NCBI GenBank assembly: GCA_963832395.1 | Contig: CAWHTV010000004.1 | Location: 1,780 to 65,779, forward strand | Source of the DNA: an uncultured delta proteobacterium | GTDB lineage: Bacteria; Desulfobacterota; Binatia; Binatales; Binataceae | Direction of reading: 5' to 3' | Length of the DNA stretch: 64,000 nucleotides | Shown here: positions 54,449-64,000 of the stretch, piece after piece | Position numbering within the stretch: position 1 is the stretch's first letter | Layout: every line of letters begins with the position of its first letter | The notes under the pieces: generated by a model | Database searches by the model: none | What the model saw: only the letters and a program-made list of their open reading frames with translations | What the model was told of the DNA's origin: nothing | Position numbers and translations under genes: made by a program

Positions 54449-56017
54449 TCACCAGCGGTTGCGAACTTCCGCAGCGAGCTCAACCATATCCAGTTCGGCT
54501 TCCAATTGCTGATAGGCCACGTCTCCTATTGCACCTGTGAGTCGAAGCACGTTGAGCGCCTCGCGCGCGGCGGTTCGAGCGGCGGTGCGCAGGGCGATCT
54601 CGGTTTGACGTGCTTTCGGCACCAATCCGGCGGAGACCCCGTCGACCCGTTCCAAAAGCTCGGAATATTCACGACGAAGCGCTGCTGCGACCTCTGTGTC
54701 ATGTTCGCCCAGGCTCTCGAGCGCCGCGCTGAACATCTCCCTTCGGCCAGTACGGATCTCGCTTTCGACGGGGCCGTCGTCATCCAGTCCCAACATCATC
54801 ACGAGTGGACGGAGCGTCAGACCTTGGATAATGAGGGTGCCCAGAACGACCGAGAAAGCTGTTAGCACGATCAGGTCACGATATGGGAAAGCCGGCGCGA
54901 TCCCCGATCCGTCAGGCAACGCAAGCGCGGCAGCGAGCGTCACGATGCCGCGCATGCCGCACCATGCGACCAATAGACTGCGCTTGAACGGCGGCGGCGC
55001 CATCGCTCGCGGAGTGTGTTTTCCGAGGACTCGGTTCGTCAGCCGCAGCGCAATGTTATAGGTCATCACCCAGCCCGTGCGCGCGAGTATGACCGTCGCC
55101 AAAATTGCGATCGCGAAGGCGAAGTATTGAATATGGTGTGCACGACCCAGCCGGTCCATGATCGGCCCGAGTTCCAATCCCACCAGAATGAAAGCTAACG
55201 CATTGAGGACGAAAACCGCCGCCTCCCACACCGCATATGAGGGAACCCGGACGGCGGCGGGCATCGCCGAGCGGCGCGAAAGGACGATTGCAAAGGTCAC
55301 GGTCACGAGCACGCCCGACAGGGCGAGCTGATCCGCCAGAATCCATATTCCGAACGTGCCGATGAATTGCAAAACGATCGAGCTAGGCACGTGAGAAAAG
55401 CGGTGTATGACGTTGCCGAAGACGAACGCGAACAGAACGCCCAGCGTGACGCTCCCGAGCAGGACAAACGCCAACGTTGATGCCGCTCCGAGCGCGTCGT
55501 CGGCATGTGCGAATGCCGCCCCAATGGCTAGCCGATAGATGAGCAGCGCGCTGGCGTCGTTGAGCAGACTCTCACCTTCCAGAATGACCAGAAGTCGATA
55601 CGGAAGCCTTACCTCCCTGAGGACGGCGGTCGCGGCCGCCGCGTCCGGCGGCGCTACCGCGGCGCCCAACGTAACCGCGACGGCCCACGGCATGGCGGGG
55701 ACGAGCCAGTGGGCGACTAAGGCCACGGCCGACGTAGTCACTGCCACCGCAATGAAGACCAGGCAGGTAACCGGAAGCCAGTTCTCACGGAGATCCCGTA
55801 ACGAGCTGTCAAACGCCGCGTCCAGGAGGACGGGCGCGACGAACAGGGCGAGGGCCAGATCAGGTTCGAGAGAGATTCGCGGGCCGTGCGGTAGAAGCGC
55901 GACGACCACGCCGCCCAGCGCGAGCAACGATGGAGAGGGCGCTCCGATCCGGCGCGCGACCGCGGCCAACAGCACAGCGCCCAGGAGCAAAGCTAAAGTC
56001 CACAGCAGAATACTCAT
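54449..56017 (-). CDS. CPA1 family Na+/H+ antiporter
   Basis: 'APPDAAAA', 'LEGESLLNDASAL', 'WCGMRGIVTLAAALALP'. Confidence 0.92.
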   Translation of the reverse strand: MSILLWTLALLLGAVLLAAVARRIGAPSPSLLALGGVVVALLPHGPRISLEPDLALALFVAPVLLDAAFDSSLRDLRENWLPVTCLVFIAVAVTTSAVALVAHWLVPAMPWAVAVTLGAAVAPPDAAAATAVLREVRLPYRLLVILEGESLLNDASALLIYRLAIGAAFAHADDALGAASTLAFVLLGSVTLGVLFAFVFGNVIHRFSHVPSSIVLQFIGTFGIWILADQLALSGVLVTVTFAIVLSRRSAMPAAVRVPSYAVWEAAVFVLNALAFILVGLELGPIMDRLGRAHHIQYFAFAIAILATVILARTGWVMTYNIALRLTNRVLGKHTPRAMAPPPFKRSLLVAWCGMRGIVTLAAALALPDGSGIAPAFPYRDLIVLTAFSVVLGTLIIQGLTLRPLVMMLGLDDDGPVESEIRTGRREMFSAALESLGEHDTEVAAALRREYSELLERVDGVSAGLVPKARQTEIALRTAARTAAREALNVLRLTGAIGDVAYQQLEAELDMVELAAEVRNRW

Positions 56018-56137
56018 GCATTTGCAGGCTAAGCCATTACTGGCAATCCTAGTTGTCCGGTCTTTGAGTCACAACCAATTGTCGGGCTACCCAGCTCTCA
56101 ACGACCGTTGCTTGCATATAAGCCGGCAACAACCAAA

Positions 56138-56860
56138 TCAAAAGCTTCGGAGCATCCGGGTAGCCAGATAAATTGCGAGCATGCCCATGGCTGTAGCCAC
56201 TCCGACCAACGGCGAATCGTGCTCCTTGGCTTCTGGCAGAAGATCCGAGGCTCCAATGTAGAGAAACGACCCCGCAAAGAAGGCAAGTATCCACGGCAAG
56301 AGTCCCTGCAGATTGATAAGCAGCGCGCTGGCGGCACCAAGGACCGGGGCAATCATGTCCGCCGCGAGCCAGAACATCGCGCGCTTGCGCGCATTGCCGT
56401 GGGCTAAAACGACAGTCACCGTATTCAGGCCATCGCTCAGATCATGCACAATGATTCCCAGAGCGATAAGCACTCCAATTTTCGTGCTGGTTTGAAAGCC
56501 CACTCCGATAGCGACGCCATCGAGGAAACTGTGAAAAGTCAATCCGGCGGCGGACAGCGTCCCCAGTTCCTGCTCGTGAGCTGTCGCGGCGTGGACGTGT
56601 TCACGAGAGCGGTGGAGCGCGGTGTAGCGCTCCAGCCCGAAGAAGGCCAGGAATCCTATCGCGGCGAACGGCATGTATGAGGACCCGCGGTCCAGCGCGA
56701 AAACCTCCGGCAGTATATCGAAGAGGGCCACGGCCATTACGGCTCCCGAACTGAATCCGAGCAAGAGGTGAAGGTGATCGCGAAACCGCAGGGCTGCCAT
56801 TCCACCAAGCCCGGTGGAGATGAGCGTGACCGAGGCCAGAGCTATCGGCATGAAACGCAT
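56138..56860 (-). CDS. ZIP family metal transporter
   Basis: 'GFSSGAV', 'HSFLDGVAIG', 'HDLSDG', 'FLYIGASDLLPEA'. Confidence 0.9.
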   Translation of the reverse strand: MRFMPIALASVTLISTGLGGMAALRFRDHLHLLLGFSSGAVMAVALFDILPEVFALDRGSSYMPFAAIGFLAFFGLERYTALHRSREHVHAATAHEQELGTLSAAGLTFHSFLDGVAIGVGFQTSTKIGVLIALGIIVHDLSDGLNTVTVVLAHGNARKRAMFWLAADMIAPVLGAASALLINLQGLLPWILAFFAGSFLYIGASDLLPEAKEHDSPLVGVATAMGMLAIYLATRMLRSF

Positions 56861-57041
56861 GCAGCATCGTTTAGCAGCTAGGGGCTGATTCCGAAATCGA
56901 CCACCATGAGATAGGATGAAATGGTGGTCGGAGTAGTTCCTCTCAAGCCGGTAAAACGGGTTCAAATCCGGTGTCGTTGAACCCGCCGGCCTTTCCGTGT
57001 CTCCAATCTCCTCTATCGATCTGCGCGCCGAGGCAACCTCT

Positions 57042-57995
57042 ATGCGCCTTTTCACCGTGAGGCACGCCACCGTGTATCGCTATTCGGAACCGGTGGGATT
57101 GGGCGAACATCGGATGATGTTCCGGCCGCGGGCGAGCCACGATCTGCGGCTCGTCAAGACGAGGCTCTCGATCATCCCGCGACCGGCCAGTATTCAATGG
57201 ATTAACGATGCTTTCGATAACTCGATCGCGGTGGCCACGTTCTCCGGAGAGACCACCGAGCTTCGATTCGAGAGCGTCGTCACGCTTGAACACATCGAAT
57301 CGGTGAATCCGGAATACCGGCTCGAAACCGAAGCAAGAACCTATCCGTTTACGTATTCGAGCGACGAGCGCGCCGACCTCGCGCCAGGCATCGAGCGATG
57401 CTATCCGACCGAGGATGTGCGGCAGTGGGCGGCTCGCTTTCTGGCCTCGTCCGGAGCGATGGACACGATGTCCTTGCTGCGATCGATGACCGCGGGGATC
57501 AACGAACAATTCGACTACAGGCGTCGCGTCGAGCGCGGCGTGCAAACCCCAAGCGACACACTCCAACGCGGGCATGGGACCTGCCGTGATTTTGCTCTCT
57601 TGATGATTGAGGGAGTCCGATCCCTTGGCTTGGCCGCCCGGTTCGTGAGCGGCTACATCTTCGTACCCGACGCCGAGCCGACGCTGGCCGTCGGGCGAGG
57701 CGCGACCCATGCGTGGCTGCAGGTGTACCTTCCAGGGGTTGGGTGGGTCGATTTCGACCCGACCAACAAGATCGTCGGCAACCGCAATCTTATCCGCGTC
57801 GCGGTGGCATGGGACCATTCCCAAGTCCTGCCGCTTTGGGGAACGTTTATTGGCAGGCGGTCAGCTTTCCTGGGTATGGAGGTCGCCGTGAGCGTTCTCG
57901 AAGAGACCCGTTCATCAAGAGAACCGTCGAACAGCGAGCAAGGGCTTCAAGAGTTTTCCGCCGTCGATCCGGCTCGCACGGGACTGCGGCAATAG
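57042..57995 (+). CDS. Transglutaminase-like protein with N-terminal Bact_transglu_N domain
   Basis: 'VRHATVYRY', 'GTCRDFA', 'ARFVSGY', 'THAW', 'FDPTN'. Confidence 0.88.
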   Translation: MRLFTVRHATVYRYSEPVGLGEHRMMFRPRASHDLRLVKTRLSIIPRPASIQWINDAFDNSIAVATFSGETTELRFESVVTLEHIESVNPEYRLETEARTYPFTYSSDERADLAPGIERCYPTEDVRQWAARFLASSGAMDTMSLLRSMTAGINEQFDYRRRVERGVQTPSDTLQRGHGTCRDFALLMIEGVRSLGLAARFVSGYIFVPDAEPTLAVGRGATHAWLQVYLPGVGWVDFDPTNKIVGNRNLIRVAVAWDHSQVLPLWGTFIGRRSAFLGMEVAVSVLEETRSSREPSNSEQGLQEFSAVDPARTGLRQ

Positions 57996-58008
57996 AGAGG
58001 ACCCGAGC

Positions 58009-58821
58009 ATGCAAATCCGAGTCGGCTATGAACTGATCTATGATTGTCCGCAGCCCACTCCCATGATTCTCACCTTAAACATCCACTACACGCGTGCGTC
58101 CGATATCGTCATTCCCGATTTCATGACGACCGACCCGCGCGTGCCGATTACCGCCTATCGCGACGGGTTCGGGAACTGGTGCACCAGGATCGTAGCTCCC
58201 AAGGGGCGCCTTCGAATCGCCAGCACCGGCGTCGTCCGGGACACCGGCGAGCCGGACGAAGTCGCCCCGTCGGCTTGTCAGCACCCCGTCCAGGACCTGC
58301 CCGAGGAAACCTTGGTTTTTCTTCTGGGCAGCCGTTATTGCGAGACGGATCGTCTGTCCCAAGTCGCTTGGGACCTGTTCGAGCGATCTCCGCCCGGATG
58401 GGAGCGGGTTCAGGCGATCTGCGACTTCGTCCATCGTCATATCGCCTTCGGCTATGAGCACGCCCGCCCCAGTAAAACGGCCGAGCAGGCGTTCGAGGAA
58501 CGTCAGGGCGTATGCCGTGACTTTGCCCATCTAGCCATCGCATTCTGCCGCTGCATGAACATTCCCGCGCGCTATTGCGCAGGCTATCTCGGCGACATCG
58601 GCATCCCGCCACCTTATGGACCGATGGACTTCGCCGGTTGGATCGAGGTGTATCTCGGCGGCCGATGGTACACCTTCGATCCACGCAATAGCATTCCACG
58701 GATCGGGCGGGTGCTCATCGCCCGCGGGCGCGATGCCGCCGATGTCGCCATCAGCCACGCGTTCGGTTCCAATACACTGGTCAGCTTCAAAGTTTATACG
58801 GACGAGATCCCCGAACTCTGA
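58009..58821 (+). CDS. Transglutaminase-like protein
   Basis: 'SRYCETD', 'GVCRDFAHL', 'PARYCAGYLGD', 'GRDAADVA'. Confidence 0.88.
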   Translation: MQIRVGYELIYDCPQPTPMILTLNIHYTRASDIVIPDFMTTDPRVPITAYRDGFGNWCTRIVAPKGRLRIASTGVVRDTGEPDEVAPSACQHPVQDLPEETLVFLLGSRYCETDRLSQVAWDLFERSPPGWERVQAICDFVHRHIAFGYEHARPSKTAEQAFEERQGVCRDFAHLAIAFCRCMNIPARYCAGYLGDIGIPPPYGPMDFAGWIEVYLGGRWYTFDPRNSIPRIGRVLIARGRDAADVAISHAFGSNTLVSFKVYTDEIPEL

Positions 58822-59597
58822 AGCAGATCTTCGGCTCGGCCAAGGGCGCGCACCAGGCGTTGCGCCCAGGCCGTCTGGCCGGACTCGTCAGCCAGGAAAT
58901 CCTGGCGTATTTCGAGCTCGACATGAGGAATCGCGCGCCGCTCGCCGTAGGTCGGAATGGCGTAGTCACTTTCGTCATTGACCGAGTAGGGTTGGTTGTC
59001 TCCCACGACGAGCCCGCGCTCCTCCCGGAAGAGCTCGAGCAGAATGCGAGCAAGCCGGGCGTCCCGGTTGTAGAGAACTCCGACGTGCCATGGCCGGCTT
59101 TCGCCCTTGAACTCCGGGGTGAAGCTGTGAACCGCGACCAGGATCGTCGGCCGCCCTAAAGCCTTCCTCACGTCCAGTTCGGCGCCGATACGGTCGTGAT
59201 AAGGCTGGAAAATCTCGCGCCGGCGGGCGTCGGTGTCCGCCGGGCCGACCTGCTGGTTGCCGGGAATCGGAGTCGACTCGCTTAACGGCGTGATGGAGGA
59301 CGGCGAATGCAGTGGACGATTACAGTCGATCGCCAGCCGCGAGTAGGTCTGCACGATCAGAAAAGCATCGAGCGCCTCGGCCAATTGTCTGGCGAGCGCC
59401 GCCGCGCCAAGGTCCCAGGCGATGTGGCGCTGCAACTCGAGCGGGCTGAGACCCAAAGTGCCCAGGGCTCGCGGCAGTAGATTTCCGCCGTGGTCGCAAG
59501 TGAAAAAATACGCCGAGCGTCCTTGCTCACGAACAATTTGAAACGCAGGCGGTTCATCGGGGCCAAGCACACTCTCGTTTCTCACTTCAAACCTCAT
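58794..59597 (-). CDS. N-formylglutamate amidohydrolase family protein
   Basis: 'TCDHGG', 'HIAWDLG', 'YSRLAIDCNR', 'HSFTP', 'ELEIRQD'. Confidence 0.88.
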   Translation of the reverse strand: MRFEVRNESVLGPDEPPAFQIVREQGRSAYFFTCDHGGNLLPRALGTLGLSPLELQRHIAWDLGAAALARQLAEALDAFLIVQTYSRLAIDCNRPLHSPSSITPLSESTPIPGNQQVGPADTDARRREIFQPYHDRIGAELDVRKALGRPTILVAVHSFTPEFKGESRPWHVGVLYNRDARLARILLELFREERGLVVGDNQPYSVNDESDYAIPTYGERRAIPHVELEIRQDFLADESGQTAWAQRLVRALGRAEDLLQSSGISSV

Positions 59598-60399
59598 TCG
59601 AGCTCTCTGGAAACTCGGATTAGTGTGATCTCTCATTAGTAAGTTGCATTCACAAGCTTAGCATCCTGAGCGAAGCGCGTCTACGACACTGCTTGAGCTG
59701 CGTAAATGTATTTGCGCGACACCGAACTACTGTAACATCTCATTAATAAGTTGTATCCAAGCGCCTGTCAGTACCGAGTACCAACAATCTGCCCGGAGGC
59801 GACGTAGCGAGCCGTAGCGGCTGGGACGAAGATCTCTGATTTTTTGATCTTTGATTTTTTCTCTTGCAATTAAGGTTTTGAGCGCGCACAATGCGCGCGA
59901 GACGTTCTGCGGAAACGGCTCGAACTGCATAAAAAGGGGACCGTGAGATGCAGCATCAGCACAAGGGCCGCAGCGATTGGAATGGTCTTCGAGATGACCG
60001 GCGGAATGATCTGCGCAAGGATCTGAACGACCGCGAATTTCGGACAAGCGGCCACCTGACGGACTTCATTACAGTGCACACCTTCGGCGGGCGCGGCTCG
60101 CCCTCGTTCTAGGACTCCCGGACAAGAGCGTGGTCACGCGCCCCTGCGATCGGCGCTGACTTTTGCCCGTTTTCAGAACTCTCGTCGATGACGAGTGTTC
60201 TGGTACGGCGCAATCATAAACGTCGCGACGCTGGCCGATGGCTGGAGATGGAGAGCTTTGTGGCTACTCCAATCAATAGTCATCCACGGCAAGCGCTCTA
60301 ATCGCCATTACTACTACTGAAAAGTAGTGGAGTGGTTGGGGCCTGCTTTGGAACCGCCTGGCGTCGATTCAGCAAGCACGAAGGTGCGGAGAAAGAATC

Positions 60400-61814
60400 A
60401 TGCGCATACGATCGATTTTACTATTGATAGGTATTCTGAGTATTTCCGTGCAGATCGCAAACGCCGGGCCGGCAATAAAACCGCCAGCTTGGAGGCGGGA
60501 GGCCAGGCTAACGTGCCGATCAATCTGGACGGTTTCGGAGCGCCACTACCCGGATTGGCGCTAAATGGATCGGATCTGAATACTTTCGCAACCGGACAAA
60601 TGAATTTCAAAGAGGTCGAAACACTCCCACAGGTGGGACCGATCATGAATGGCGTGTCCTGCGCGGGGTGCCATTCGCAACCGGCGATCGGCGGAGGCGG
60701 ATTGTTCATCAACGAGATCCGGGTGCGCAACAACACTCAGCCGGGTCCCGTGCATATCTTCGCGGTGGACAATTTCCTGCGCAACGGTGCGCAGACCCAG
60801 GGCAACACCACGATTTTTCCGCAAGGAATCGAGGCGGAGCCGCTCGGCTGTCAGATAACCGTTCCTGGTTGTCAGCTATCGCCTTGTCAGCAGGAGGAGG
60901 AGGCGAAGACCACGTTTAGTACGAGTCTTGGGACCTGCGACCCGACAAGCGCCGATTTCCATAGCGGCGGGAATTGCGTCGTCGGACGTTCAGCGTTGGC
61001 GACCTTCGGTGACGGACTGGTCGAGGCGGTCTCGGATCAAACGTTGGAGCAGATCGCGGAGAACGAGCCACCTAAGATTCAAGGCACGGTCAAAATGGTG
61101 ACCGAGAATTTCACGACTACCGCACATGTCGGACGTTTCGGGTGGAAGGATGACCACGCATCGCTACGCGGATTTTCCGGCGACGCCTACCTGAACGAAA
61201 TGGGCATCACGAATCCCGACAATCAGCAGGAAGTCAGCGTATGCGCCGCGAACGAGACAGCTTATGGCGTGCAGCTCGAGGACACCGGGGTTGAAGATAC
61301 CACCGATCCGAATGGGCGAGCCGACATCGACCGTTTCTCGGACTTCATGCGCGGCTTGGCGCCGCCGCCGACGCTGCCTCAGAATGCCTCGGCACGCAAT
61401 GGGTCGGCCCTCTTCACCAGCATGGGTTGTGCCGGCTGCCATACGGCGAGCATGACAACTGCGGCAAATCCGACGTCGTTCATCGCCGCGGCCACGGGCG
61501 GCGCACCGATCAGCCAGACCCTGAACCAGACCCTCGCGAACAAGACGTTTCATCCGTATTCGGACTTTCTGCTGCACGACATGGGCTCGCTGGGCGACGG
61601 CATCACGTCGGGCGCCGCGGGGCCGACCATGATGCGAACGGTGCCTCTGTGGGGCCTCCGCGCGAAGTCACAACTACTGCATGATGGCCGCGCCGCGGAC
61701 ATCCCGACTGCGATCACGTTGCATGACGGGCAAGGCAAGCCGGCAGCGCGAGCCTTCGGGGCGCTGAGCGCGCAGCAACAGTTGGACGTTGTAAATTTTC
61801 TTAATACTCTCTGA
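60400..61814 (+). CDS. Di-heme oxidoreductase (DHOR) family periplasmic protein; signal peptide in another frame (frameshift near 60468)
   Basis: GGAG RBS then 'MRIRSILLLIGILSISVQIANAG'; two 'CAGCH' hemes; 'GRFGWK', 'YSDFLLHDMG', 'PLWG', 'LLHDGRA'. Confidence 0.85.
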
Positions 61815-61983
61815 CGAAACAAGCATCGCCGTGATTTGGCGATGCCTGCGGCAACACTCATCAAAGAGAGTCAACCTGGCGGCGGCGGCCATTGAATGGC
61901 CGCCGCCCGCCCCGTTCTGAGACGCGAGCCGCACCCCGATACCTGACGAGCGCTCGAGGCCGGCGGCGCGGCTCCCGTGCCGC

Positions 61984-62358
61984 CTATTCCTTGCGGCCGC
62001 AGTACGCTTCGATCCGGTTGCCGTCGGGATCGGTGACGAAGGCGGCGTAGTAGTTCTCGCCATAGTCGGCACGCAGTCCCGGCTGGCCGTTGTCGCGGCC
62101 GCCCGCGCGGACGGCTGCCGCATGAAACGCGTCCACCTGGGCGCGCTTGCCGGCCTCAAGACAGATGTGCAGGCCCGGGATGTCGCGCGGCACGGTGGCG
62201 CCGGCCGCCAACAGCCACAGGCGCGGCCCGTCGCCGCCATAACCGAGCGCACTTGCGTCTTCGCTCAGGCACTTGGCGCCAAGCGGCGCCAGGGCCGCAT
62301 CGTAGAACCTTCGCGCCGTGGCGATGTCGCTCACCCCAATCGATACGTGATGAATCAT
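61984..62358 (-). CDS. VOC/glyoxalase family protein
   Basis: 'HHVSIGVSD', 'VDAFHAAA..AGGRDNGQPGLR', 'YYAAFVTDPDGNRIEA'. Confidence 0.9.
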   Translation of the reverse strand: MIHHVSIGVSDIATARRFYDAALAPLGAKCLSEDASALGYGGDGPRLWLLAAGATVPRDIPGLHICLEAGKRAQVDAFHAAAVRAGGRDNGQPGLRADYGENYYAAFVTDPDGNRIEAYCGRKE

Positions 62359-62408
62359 GACCCCGCTCCTTTTTCCGTGGTGGGAGCGCTCGCGCAGCTC
62401 CCGGTTCC

Positions 62409-62492
62409 CTAACTGACTTACCGGTTGAATCAACCGGCATGATGGTTAGATAAACGATCGGTAGGTGGATTGTCAACCGCCATGGCGGTTAG
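62409..62492. promoter_or_regulatory. Three AAC(C/T)-N8-GGTT inverted-repeat operators between the divergent VOC and ABATE/CGNR genes
   Basis: ctaact-gacttacc-ggttga (62409), tcaacc-ggcatgat-ggttag (62430), tcaacc-gccatggc-ggttag (62473). Confidence 0.65.
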
Positions 62493-62507
62493 TATGGTGA
62501 AGGCCAG

Positions 62508-63140
62508 GTGACGATCCTTAAACGCATCGGACGGATGGGTGCTCTCGTCCTGACTCCCCGCCGCGACCTGTGCCTCGATTTCGCAAATACGCTGGCGTGG
62601 CGCGGCAGTGCGCCGAGCGAAAGTCTGCATGGATTGCCGGACCTGCTCCGATGGTGTGCGTCCTCGGGCAGCCTGCTAGCGGGCGCGATCGAGGGAAACG
62701 GGACCTGGGCGGAGCAGCATCCGGCACAGGCGGCGGCGATTTTTCGCGGCGCGATCGCGATCCGGGAAACGACCTACCGCATCTTCCATGCGGCCGCGAT
62801 CGGCAGCGTGCCGGCCGACGACGATTTGTCGGCGCTCAACCGCGCATTGAAGGAAACTCCGGCGCGGAGCGCCCTTCAGCGCGTCGGCACCGGCTTCGGA
62901 TGGCGAGTCGAGGAGATCGGCCTCGTAACCGCCGCGACGATACTCGCCCCGGCGTTATGGTCGGCGGGCGATTTGTTGACCGGGCCGCAACTGGCCCGGG
63001 TGCGCGAGTGCGCGAACGACAAGTGCCTGTGGCTATTCCTGGACGAGAGTAAAAACGGCACCCGGCGCTGGTGCTCGATGACCGCGTGCGGAAACCGCGC
63101 CAAAGCGCATCGCCACTACGCTCGCCTCAAGGGCGGTTGA
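62508..63140 (+). CDS. ABATE domain + CGNR zinc-finger regulator
   Basis: 'LCLDFANT', 'RECANDKCLWLFLD.SKNGTRRWCSMTACGNRAKA..HY'. Confidence 0.92.
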   Translation: MTILKRIGRMGALVLTPRRDLCLDFANTLAWRGSAPSESLHGLPDLLRWCASSGSLLAGAIEGNGTWAEQHPAQAAAIFRGAIAIRETTYRIFHAAAIGSVPADDDLSALNRALKETPARSALQRVGTGFGWRVEEIGLVTAATILAPALWSAGDLLTGPQLARVRECANDKCLWLFLDESKNGTRRWCSMTACGNRAKAHRHYARLKGG

Positions 63141-63228
63141 ACGGCGGCAGCTGTTGACGCGCGCGCGCCCGAACGCGCGCAACACGACACGACAACGGCC
63201 GCCGGGGCGCGGAGGTCAGTGCCGCTTT

Positions 63229-63779
63229 TCACTTCTCATCCAGCTTTTTTATCCAATCGGCCGTGTTCATCACTTTGCTGAACATCGACGCCTGCGTAAC
63301 CAGGACGGAGTTGTGCAAGTCCTTGTCGGCAACCTTGCCCGAGTCGTTGCCGACCGTGAGCGTGCCGGTAGCGTCGGAGAGAAATTCCACTTTGTAGCCG
63401 CGATGGAAGCCTTCGCGCGCGGTGCTGTCGCAGCACATCTGCGTCATGTAGCCGCTCACGGTCAAAGTGTCGATCTGGTTCTCGCGCAGCCATTTTTCCA
63501 GGTCGGTCCCGGCGAAGCTCGAGGGCAGGTTCTTGTCGACCAGCAAATCGGCGGGCCGGGCCGCGACGTCCTTGTGCAGGTTCCACCCCTCGGTTCCTTC
63601 CTTGAACACTCCGCGATCGCCCTTGGCCGCATGGCGCACCACGACCACCGGGACCTTATGCGCGCGCGCCGAATCCATCGCTTCAGGATGTTGTCGAGCG
63701 AGCCCGGCGGATAGCTGACCGGCATTTTACCGGTGAAATACTCATTTTGTACGTCGATAACCAAAAGTGCGCGTTTCAT
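63229..63779 (-). CDS. Isochorismatase / cysteine hydrolase family, frameshift near 63680
   Basis: '[12 protein letters not shown]', '[10 protein letters not shown]', '[13 protein letters not shown]', 'LSDATG'. Confidence 0.88.
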
Positions 63780-63821
63780 ATTATTTTCTCCTTGCGGATT
63801 CCGGATCGCACCCGGATGCGG

Positions 63822-64000
63822 CTATTTCATCACGCGCCGCGCGAAGCCCCTGCGCCGGCGCCGGGTCTTCACCTCTTCCATCTCGCGCTTTTCGACGATA
63901 TCGATCATCGCGAGCTGGCAGTTGTTCTTGGATTCTCCGGGCAGCCGCACGTAGCTGCCATCGGAACGCATCTCCCACGCCGCGTGATTGGGCTTGAGCT
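63822..64000 (-). CDS. ppk1: Polyphosphate kinase 1, C-terminal fragment (runs off the window)
   Basis: Translates as 'AWEMRSDGSYVRLPGE...CQLAMI...RRVMK*', resembling the PPK1 C-terminus. Confidence 0.55.
   Translation of the reverse strand, partial: LKPNHAAWEMRSDGSYVRLPGESKNNCQLAMIDIVEKREMEEVKTRRRRRGFARRVMK

Noticed and set aside
59640-60390. Short ORFs in the lower-GC gap before the di-heme gene
   Set aside because: No family features; probably intergenic
1-64000. CRISPR arrays, IS/transposase/integrase, tRNA/rRNA, phage or defence genes
   Set aside because: No regularly spaced repeats, recombinase motifs or structural RNA signatures were seen by eye; cmscan would be needed to exclude small RNAs

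Overview
GC-rich bacterial window with about 50 genes. The gene content suggests an uncultured soil lineage such as Ca. Binatota, but that is inference only. The core (about 19.8-54.3 kb) is a large amine-catabolism island. It holds a quinohemoprotein amine dehydrogenase (QHNDH) biogenesis cluster: qhpA-D-C-B-E on the minus strand and qhpF and qhpG on the plus strand. QhpC keeps every CTQ/thioether residue and adds a fifth Cys. Around it are a second, unlinked qhpB paralog, an FGE/SUMF1-fold gene inserted between qhpG and qhpF, and an aniline-dioxygenase-like module (AtdA1/A3/A4-type) directly upstream of qhpA. The island also has a DUF1329-YCF48-MMPL-DUF1302 envelope transport operon with a second MMPL paralog, duplicated Tat-signal PPOX-fold proteins, and a second GATase/gamma-glutamyl-ligase/amidase operon. 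Sigma54-type promoters precede both qhpA and the transport operon. The flanks hold TetR-MBL-rhodanese, FAD/Fe-S oxidoreductase, DksA/USP, a ~8.9 kb cyclic beta-1,2-glucan synthase, transporters, transglutaminase-like genes, a di-heme protein, an ABATE/CGNR regulator with three candidate operators, and the ppk1 3' end. Many genes between 10.3 and 46.5 kb are broken by single-base frameshifts, most likely long-read consensus errors. No rRNA, tRNA, CRISPR or IS was seen. All family assignments come from motif recognition, not database searches.
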